NCBI GenBank assembly: GCA_035402745.1
Contig: DAONDV010000001.1
Coordinates: 19,636-83,635 of the forward strand
Source of the DNA: Minisyncoccota bacterium
Lineage (GTDB): Bacteria > Patescibacteriota > Minisyncoccia > UBA6257 > JAAZHW01
Reading direction: 5' to 3'
Length of the DNA stretch: 64,000 nucleotides
Shown: in pieces, positions 57,178 through 64,000 of the stretch
How the letters are laid out: every line of letters begins with the position of its first letter
Position numbering within the stretch: position 1 is the first letter of the stretch
Translations under genes and position numbers: made by a program
Notes under the pieces: model-generated
Databases searched by the model: none
What the model was told of the DNA's origin: nothing
The model's input: only the letters and a program-made list of their open reading frames with translations

Positions 57178-59418
57178 ATGAATATGAAAAAGAGTATCAA
57201 TTTAATAATTAGTTTTGGCTTAATTACTGGAGCTATTTTATTGTCTTTTATTATGGTAAACGGTTTGAATTTCAGGCCGGTTTTTGGTATGGCTGCCGTC
57301 GCTAATGGCGCCGTTTGCCCTCCGATAACCGCTCATCCGACCGCTATCAATTTTAATCCAGAGCCAGCCAATGTGAATCAGTCTGTTAATATTAAAACTG
57401 ACCATATTTATGAATGTGATTCCGCTTCTTGTACTTGGTATTGGTCTGGTAGTGTGAATAATACAAATTCTAATGAGCCAAATGGTTCTTTCAATACAAC
57501 TTTTTCTTCAGCCGGCACAAAGAGTGTTTGTGTTGAAGTTCGTGCTGATTGGGCTGATGGTTGCGGAACCGTAAGAGTTGCTTATGGTTGTGATAATTTA
57601 TTGGTAAATAATATTGTTACTTCTGTTCCTACTGTTGACCTTTTGGTTAATCGATCAAATGGTCCTATTACCATTTCTTCTGGAGAATCTGCTACTTTGT
57701 CCTGGACTTCTACCAATGCGACTTCTTGTTTTGCTTCTGGTGATTGGTCTGGTGCTAAATCAATCTCCGGATCTCAATCAACCGGCAGACTTTCTTATAC
57801 CGAAACATATACTATAACTTGTATTGGTAATGGTGGCTCTGCTTCCGATAAAGTTACCGTCAGGGTATCTGGTTCTTCAACTCCGACTCCTTGGCCATCT
57901 TATACTCCGTATCCAACCCCAACTCCATACCCGACTTACACCCCGTATCCGACTTATACCCCTTGGCCAACTTACACTCCGTGGCCAACTTATGGCCCGA
58001 CCTGTATTCCTCCTGGAATTAATACGGTAACTATTTATCGTGACCCAACTCCGGTTTGTGCTGGACAGCAAAGCTTATTCAAGACTCAAGATATTTTTGA
58101 ATGTTACGGATATTATTGTGAATGGCGTTGGTCTGGAGATACTGGTAATATTACTAGTACAAATAATCCTAATGGAAGTTTTTACACCACTTTTTCTAAT
58201 GGAGGAACTAAAAACATCTATGTTGGCGTTTGGAAGAAGATGTATGTAGCCAATTGTGGCGAACAATATTTCCAAATTGCTACTGGTTATTTAAATTTTA
58301 GCGTTGGAGATTATTGTTCTTACACTCCGACTCCAACTCCGACCCCTACTATTACTCCGACTCCTCCGATTTGTCAGCATAATCTTTTAGCTTTGCCTTT
58401 GGCTCAAACATCTTGTGTGGCCACGGCTAATAATGGCGGAACCTGTAATGTTTCCACTTCTGATGGCTTTAGTGTTAGATATAATGTGTTAGCGGGATCA
58501 GTGAGCGCCAATACTAATATTAGCATTTTCATCTATCGCGCCAGCGATTTATCAGCGCTTAATGTTAAGGTTGGAAACTTGTCTATCATTGGCAATAAAA
58601 TTGTGCAGGTGATTGCCGAGAATGATAATTGTCAAACAGTGACTCTTTCTAAGGATGCGATAATTAATTTTACTTATCCGAATAGTTATACCTCTGGGTA
58701 TATTGAAAGTTCATTTACTAATTATCACACCCCGGTCTATGCTAATAATTGGTTTATGTTGCCGACTGCTAGAAGTACTAGCGCCAATACATTAACTTCA
58801 TTAACAAAGAACTTAGGATATTTCACAATTTATGGTCCAAGATATATTTACATCCCGACTCCGACACCGACAGCAACTGCAACTCCTAGTCCGACTCCTG
58901 AAATTTTAGGCACTACTTGTGTTTATCCGCCGGCCACACCAACCGACAATGATTTCTTGGATTCTTTATTCTTAGCTGCTTTGATTGATCAATTTAAAGG
59001 AATGAAGATCACTTGGTGTCAATTCTTAGGTATATTGAATTTATTGCTTTTAATCTTAATCTTGTGGTTCGCTTTCTATAGAAAGGAAAAACAAGCGATT
59101 AAGCAAGAAACATTAGCCTTCAACGGATCTATGGCTCAATCCAATAAGGGAAAATCCTTTTGGCAATGGTTAGCCATTCCATTCGTTGCTTGCTCCGCTT
59201 ATATTCGCGAAGCTTGGAAAAATCGTCAGGAAAAAAATAAGTTCTGGAAAGAATTTAAGAAAAATAACGTATCTTTAAATTCTCTTTTAGGGGAAATTAA
59301 AGAAACTGACGGTAAAGATATTGGCGCTTCAGTTATTCAAAGTGATTTGTCAGCCGAAACCATCAAAAAAGATGATCAGGATGATATTAAAGGATCACAA
59401 TTCGTAATCATCAAATAA
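57178..59418 (+). CDS. Cys-rich cell-surface protein with Ig/PKD-like repeats, Pro-Thr linkers and a late TM anchor
   Basis: Signal anchor; duplicated C.W.WSG...PNGSF.TTFS..GTK domain; LSWTSTNATSC.ASG.WSG module; PTYTP(Y/W) repeats; TM near aa 615-635. Confidence 0.85.
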   Translation: MNMKKSINLIISFGLITGAILLSFIMVNGLNFRPVFGMAAVANGAVCPPITAHPTAINFNPEPANVNQSVNIKTDHIYECDSASCTWYWSGSVNNTNSNEPNGSFNTTFSSAGTKSVCVEVRADWADGCGTVRVAYGCDNLLVNNIVTSVPTVDLLVNRSNGPITISSGESATLSWTSTNATSCFASGDWSGAKSISGSQSTGRLSYTETYTITCIGNGGSASDKVTVRVSGSSTPTPWPSYTPYPTPTPYPTYTPYPTYTPWPTYTPWPTYGPTCIPPGINTVTIYRDPTPVCAGQQSLFKTQDIFECYGYYCEWRWSGDTGNITSTNNPNGSFYTTFSNGGTKNIYVGVWKKMYVANCGEQYFQIATGYLNFSVGDYCSYTPTPTPTPTITPTPPICQHNLLALPLAQTSCVATANNGGTCNVSTSDGFSVRYNVLAGSVSANTNISIFIYRASDLSALNVKVGNLSIIGNKIVQVIAENDNCQTVTLSKDAIINFTYPNSYTSGYIESSFTNYHTPVYANNWFMLPTARSTSANTLTSLTKNLGYFTIYGPRYIYIPTPTPTATATPSPTPEILGTTCVYPPATPTDNDFLDSLFLAALIDQFKGMKITWCQFLGILNLLLLILILWFAFYRKEKQAIKQETLAFNGSMAQSNKGKSFWQWLAIPFVACSAYIREAWKNRQEKNKFWKEFKKNNVSLNSLLGEIKETDGKDIGASVIQSDLSAETIKKDDQDDIKGSQFVIIK
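57880..58000 (+). repeat. Degenerate 18-bp tandem repeat encoding PTYTP(Y/W)
   Basis: ccgacttacaccccgtat / ccgacttataccccttgg / ccaacttacactccgtgg etc. Confidence 0.85.
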
Positions 59419-59439
59419 ATCTCGCATTCTTGCAGGTTT

Positions 59440-59474
59440 AACCAACCGCCCCTCATAGGGGCGGTTGGTTTTTT
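59440..59474 (+). terminator. Intrinsic terminator
   Basis: AACCAACCGCCCCT-cat-AGGGGCGGTTGGTT plus T tract. Confidence 0.9.
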
Positions 59475-59539
59475 ATCAATATTACGTGGAATATACGGGG
59501 TTGTTTTTTGTTGTCAAAAATTATATACTATTATTGAAT

Positions 59540-60775
59540 ATGAGTATATTTTTTAAGGAAAAAGTTAAAACTCCCGTAGAAGAGCAATTGAATATTTTAA
59601 AAAAGGGCGTTTTTGAAATTTTGCCGGAAAATTCTTTGAGAGAAAAATTGGAAATCTCTCAAAAAGAAAATAGACCATTGCGTATTAAATTGGGAGTGGA
59701 CCCGACTTCTAAAGATTTGCATCTTGGTCATGCCGTTGTTTTAAGGAAATTAAAGCAGTTTCAAGATTTGGGTCACAAAGTAGTTTTAATTATTGGCGAT
59801 TTTACGGCTCTAATTGGAGATCCTTCCGGTCGTTCTAAGACTCGTCCCGCTCTTTCTGATAAAGAAATTAAAGAAAACGCAAAAACTTATTATATACAAG
59901 CTAAAAAGATTCTTAATCCTTCTCAGACGGAAGTGCGTTACAATAGCGAATGGTTGAAGAAGATTGATTTGAAGGTTATGTTGAAATTAATGTCTACTAT
60001 GACTGCAGCGCAAATGTTGGAACGAGAAGATTTCAAAAATCGTTTTAAATCCGGTAATGAAATTTATCTTCATGAATTTTTATATCCCTTTATGCAGGGG
60101 TTTGATTCGGTGGCGGTTAGAGCTGACATAGAAATAGGGGGCTCCGATCAAAAATTTAATTTATTAGTAGGTAGGGATTTGCAGCATTTTTATGGACAAT
60201 CAGCGCAGGCAACTTTGACCATGCCGATTCTGGAGGGTTTAGACGGAGAAATGAAGATGTCCAAATCTTTGGGTAATTATATTGGCTTAACGGAAAAACC
60301 GGAGATGATGTTTGGGAAGGTTATGTCTTTGAACGATTCTTTAATCTTGAAATATTTTGAATTATGCACTGATTTGAAAAATACGGAGATAAAAAAGATG
60401 GAAAGTGATTTGAAAAACAACGTTAATCCTCGTGATTTGAAATTGCGTTTGGCCTATGAAATCACTAGACTTTATCACGGAGAAGAAGCGGCGCGATCTG
60501 CTAAAAATGGTTTTATTAAGACTTTTAGTCAGAAGGAAGTTCCCACTGACATAGGTGTTGTTACATTGGATTTTCAGAATCAGCCTCTTTTTAAATTATT
60601 GCCTCAAATAGATAAAAGCATTAAAAGTAATTCAGCTAGTCAGAATTTGATTATGGCCGGTGGCGTTGATATTGATGATAAAAAAATTAAGGATCCATTT
60701 ATGATTTTGGAAAAAGGAAAAGAATATATTATAAAAATAGGAAAGAAATATTTTGTAAAAGTGAAGATTAAATAA
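59540..60775 (+). CDS. tyrS: Tyrosine--tRNA ligase
   Basis: KLGVDPT..DLHLGH, IGDPSG, YP.MQG.D, GG.DQ.FN, KMSKSLGN; C-terminal S4 domain. Confidence 0.98.
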   Translation: MSIFFKEKVKTPVEEQLNILKKGVFEILPENSLREKLEISQKENRPLRIKLGVDPTSKDLHLGHAVVLRKLKQFQDLGHKVVLIIGDFTALIGDPSGRSKTRPALSDKEIKENAKTYYIQAKKILNPSQTEVRYNSEWLKKIDLKVMLKLMSTMTAAQMLEREDFKNRFKSGNEIYLHEFLYPFMQGFDSVAVRADIEIGGSDQKFNLLVGRDLQHFYGQSAQATLTMPILEGLDGEMKMSKSLGNYIGLTEKPEMMFGKVMSLNDSLILKYFELCTDLKNTEIKKMESDLKNNVNPRDLKLRLAYEITRLYHGEEAARSAKNGFIKTFSQKEVPTDIGVVTLDFQNQPLFKLLPQIDKSIKSNSASQNLIMAGGVDIDDKKIKDPFMILEKGKEYIIKIGKKYFVKVKIK

Positions 60776-60814
60776 AAACCCCAAACTCCAATAACAAGAA
60801 AATTAAGTTGATTT

Positions 60815-62554
60815 ATGGGCGTAATAGATGATGTTAAAAATCGTTTGGATATTGTGGAAATAATTGGCACTCATGTTAAGCTTTCCAAGGCTGGCGCTAA
60901 TTACAAGGGCTTGTGCCCATTCCATAAAGAAAAAACTCCGTCTTTCATGGTTTCTCCTGAAAGGCAGATTTTTCATTGTTTTGGTTGTGGAGAGGGGGGA
61001 GACATTTTCAAGTTTGTAATGAAGTATGAAAATTTGGAGTTTCCTGAGGCTTTGAGGTTATTGGCGAAACAGGCTGGTGTGGAATTGAGAAAAGAAGATC
61101 CTCGTGTAAAAGATGAAATATCAAAAATTCGTGAAATTACGGAAGCGGCCAATGACTTTTTTGTGAAGTATTTGAAAAGCAGTTCGGCGGCTATTAATTA
61201 TTTGAAAGAGAGGGGATTGAAGGATAAAACTATTGATTTTTGGCAATTGGGTTTTGCGCCCGATGGTCGCGACACCTTGAATCAATATTTAATAAAAAAA
61301 GGATTTAAGCAGGATGATATTTTGAAAACCGGATTAGTCATTAAGTCGGTTAAAAATGCCGGTTTTTATTTTGATCGTTTTCGTTCCAGAATTATTTTCC
61401 CTATTTTTGATAGTCAGGATAATGTAGCCGGATTTACTGGTAGAATTTTTGGTGAGGCTAAATACGAAAATGAACCCAAGTATTTGAATTCTCCGGAGAA
61501 TCCTATTTTTAACAAGGGTAAAATTTTATACGGATTTTCTAAAAATAAAAAAGCCATTAGAGAAAAAAGCGAAGCGGTGTTAGTGGAAGGACAAATGGAT
61601 TTCTTAATGTCTTGGCAAGATGGTTTGGATGATGTTATTGCTACTTCTGGCACGGCTTTGACGGAGGATCAATTGCGTCTTTTGAAGCGTTTGGCTAAAA
61701 CTTTGGTGGTGGCTTACGATATGGATGAGGCTGGTAGAATGGCGACAGAACGCGCCATTGATTTGGCTAAAGCCTTTGATTTCAATGTTTATGTTTTGAG
61801 TTTGCCGGAAAATATTAAAGACCTGGCCGATTATTTGCAAAAATATCCCGGAGAAGTAAAAAAGATTATAGAAACAAAGGAAGAGTCCGGTGATTATTAT
61901 TATCGTTTAGCTTTTAATGATTTGGATAAAGAAGATGTTGGAAAGAAAAAACAGGCTGTTGATTTTATGCTTTCTAAAATTCATTGGCTTTCTAATCCAG
62001 TGGAAAAATCCCATTGGCTTAACAGAATATCTGCCGATTTGGATATTAAAGAATCGTATTTGGAGGAACAGTTGGAAAAGTTGCAATTGGATGCTCGTGA
62101 TTATAGAGAAATGAAACAGGATGTTAAAGAAGCGATTAAAATTTTGAAAACGAGAAAAGAATTGCTTTTTGAAAGAATTTTGGCTTTGGCTGTTAAAAAA
62201 CAGGAGATTAGAGAGAGATTGAGCGAAGTTAAGGAATATTTAGAGGGTGATTATCTAAGTTTGGCCGAAGCATTGATACTTGCCAAAGATTGTGCTATTT
62301 TAACTGATAATGGCGCTTTGTCTGAAAAGATAGGATATTTCAATTTATTGGCTGAATATCAGTTTGAGGAAGACGCGGATTTGTCGGGAGAATTTGATAA
62401 TGCCATTCATGAGTTGCGCAAGGAGACTCTCAAAAGTCTCATTAGTCAAAAAACACAATTAATTAAAGTGGCTGAAAGAAATAATGATATGGAAGCGTTA
62501 AATCGGCACTTGGGTGAATTTAAAGAACTGTTGAAGGATTTTTCTAAGTATTAG
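60815..62554 (+). CDS. dnaG: DNA primase
   Basis: CPFH.EKTPSF, HCFGCG.GGD, DRFR.RI.FP, PKYLNSPE, VEGQMD, YD.D.AG. Confidence 0.98.
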   Translation: MGVIDDVKNRLDIVEIIGTHVKLSKAGANYKGLCPFHKEKTPSFMVSPERQIFHCFGCGEGGDIFKFVMKYENLEFPEALRLLAKQAGVELRKEDPRVKDEISKIREITEAANDFFVKYLKSSSAAINYLKERGLKDKTIDFWQLGFAPDGRDTLNQYLIKKGFKQDDILKTGLVIKSVKNAGFYFDRFRSRIIFPIFDSQDNVAGFTGRIFGEAKYENEPKYLNSPENPIFNKGKILYGFSKNKKAIREKSEAVLVEGQMDFLMSWQDGLDDVIATSGTALTEDQLRLLKRLAKTLVVAYDMDEAGRMATERAIDLAKAFDFNVYVLSLPENIKDLADYLQKYPGEVKKIIETKEESGDYYYRLAFNDLDKEDVGKKKQAVDFMLSKIHWLSNPVEKSHWLNRISADLDIKESYLEEQLEKLQLDARDYREMKQDVKEAIKILKTRKELLFERILALAVKKQEIRERLSEVKEYLEGDYLSLAEALILAKDCAILTDNGALSEKIGYFNLLAEYQFEEDADLSGEFDNAIHELRKETLKSLISQKTQLIKVAERNNDMEALNRHLGEFKELLKDFSKY

Positions 62555-62599
62555 TTAAAAGTTTCGTAATAAAGTTTAAATATTTTAATAAATATAACC

Positions 62600-63829
62600 A
62601 TGGCAAAATTAAAATCAAAGACAAAAACACATAAAAAAATTATTGCGAAAAAGAATAAAAAACCAATCAAGAAAAGCGTCTCTAAGATTTCTAAAAAAAT
62701 AATCTTTAAGAAAAAAGCCGTTTCTAAAAAAGGAAAGAAGGCGGAGCTTTGGCAGGAGAAATTTGACGTTCTTTTGAAAAAAGGAAAAGAACGCGGTTTT
62801 ATTACAGAAACAGAAATTTTGACTCAGTTTCCTCAAATAGAAAATGATGTCTCTTTCTTGGAACAAATTTATGATATGTGCGAGAAGGCCGATGTGGAAG
62901 TGATTACTTCTAAAGATTTGATTGAATTGCCGCCCGAAGGAGAGGTGTCTGAAGAAGAATTAAAAAAGGCTACTCGTGTCGAGGATCTTGGTGAAATTTC
63001 TGATGCGGTTCAAAACTATTTAAGAGAAATTGGAAAGATTCCTTTGTTGAATGCGGCTAGAGAAAGGGAGTTGGCAAAACGCGTTCAAGAGGGCGATAGA
63101 GAAGCTAGGCAGATTTTAATTCAAAGCAATTTAAGATTGGTGGTTTCTATTGCTAAAAAATACGTGAATCGTAGTCCGAATTTAACTCTTTTGGATTTGA
63201 TTCAAGAGGGGAATATTGGTTTAGCGCGCGCAGTGGAAAAATTTGATTATACTAAAGGATTTAAGTTTTCTACTTATGCTACCTGGTGGATTAGGCAGGC
63301 CATCACTCGCGCTTTGGCTGATCAGACTAGAATTATCAGAATTCCGGTTCATATGATTGAAACTCTTTCCAAATATTCGCAGGCTCGCAGGAGATTGTCT
63401 CAGGATTTGGGACGCGATCCGTTGCCGGAAGAAATTGCCGCGGAAATGGGTATGGAAGTGGAAAAAGTTCATCATTTGGCTAAAATTGCCCAGGAAACTT
63501 TATCTTTGGAAACTCCTATTGGAGATTCCGATGATGACTCTTTTTTGGGTGAAATTGTTTCTGATGAAAAATCAGTTTCTCCCACTCAAGCCGCCACTCA
63601 TAGTTTATTGCGCGATCAATTAAAACAGATTCTTAATGATTTAGCCGATAGAGAACAAAAAATTATTTCTATGCGTTTTGGTTTAGAAGATGGTGTGGGA
63701 CATACTTTGGAAGAAGTGGGTAAGGAGTTTCAAGTAACTCGTGAGAGAATTAGGCAAATCGAAGCTAAAGCTTTGGATAAATTACGAGAACATCACTCTA
63801 TGAAAGGTTTGGAGGAAGAATATCTTTAA
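62600..63829 (+). CDS. rpoD: RNA polymerase primary sigma factor
   Basis: [54 protein letters not shown]; Lys-rich N-terminus. Confidence 0.98.
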   Translation: MAKLKSKTKTHKKIIAKKNKKPIKKSVSKISKKIIFKKKAVSKKGKKAELWQEKFDVLLKKGKERGFITETEILTQFPQIENDVSFLEQIYDMCEKADVEVITSKDLIELPPEGEVSEEELKKATRVEDLGEISDAVQNYLREIGKIPLLNAARERELAKRVQEGDREARQILIQSNLRLVVSIAKKYVNRSPNLTLLDLIQEGNIGLARAVEKFDYTKGFKFSTYATWWIRQAITRALADQTRIIRIPVHMIETLSKYSQARRRLSQDLGRDPLPEEIAAEMGMEVEKVHHLAKIAQETLSLETPIGDSDDDSFLGEIVSDEKSVSPTQAATHSLLRDQLKQILNDLADREQKIISMRFGLEDGVGHTLEEVGKEFQVTRERIRQIEAKALDKLREHHSMKGLEEEYL

Positions 63830-63860
63830 AATTAATTTACGTCGTTAATTAAACAAGTAA

Positions 63861-63959
63861 ATGAAATTTAAAAAATTTAGTAAAGTTATTTTATTTATTT
63901 TAGTGATAATCTTTATTTTAAGTTTGCTTCTTTGGAGCGCTCCCTTGGGAAAAAGTTAA
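63861..63959 (+). CDS. Possible 32-aa single-TM small protein
   Basis: MKFKKFSKVILFILVIIFILSLLLWSAPLGKS; lies between rpoD and the start of a hairpin at the window end. Confidence 0.4.
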   Translation: MKFKKFSKVILFILVIIFILSLLLWSAPLGKS

Positions 63960-64000
63960 GATTAAAACCTTTTAAATAAAAACAGCCTCTCTCTTGAGAG

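Overview
AT-rich core-genome window from a bacterium using genetic code 11 (TGA is a stop; tRNA-Trp has anticodon CCA). It is most consistent with Patescibacteria/CPR (Parcubacteria-like): rpmD (L30) is missing between rpsE and rplO, core genes mostly lack SD sites, RF1 is N-terminally shortened, comEC is split, and aldolase and PGI are archaeal-type. The window holds the str/S10/spc ribosomal clusters, fusA, tuf, rpsB-tsf, 11 tRNAs, class II RNR, rnj, trpS, tyrS, dnaG-rpoD and small self-contained ORFan cassettes. Main points of interest: (1) a divergent Elp3 plus Trm9/ALKBH8-like methyltransferase pair, suggesting a eukaryote/archaea-type wobble-U34 (cm5U to mcm5U) tRNA pathway in a bacterium; (2) covarying non-canonical tRNA elbows (A18/G55 three times, C55 twice); (3) three unannotated structured ncRNA candidates; (4) a tRNA-Thr enclosed in a 20-bp leader/trailer helix; (5) leaderless-type promoters on core genes versus strong SD sites on ORFans; (6) a GajB-like helicase at the left edge. 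All family assignments come from motif recognition by eye; no database searches were run.
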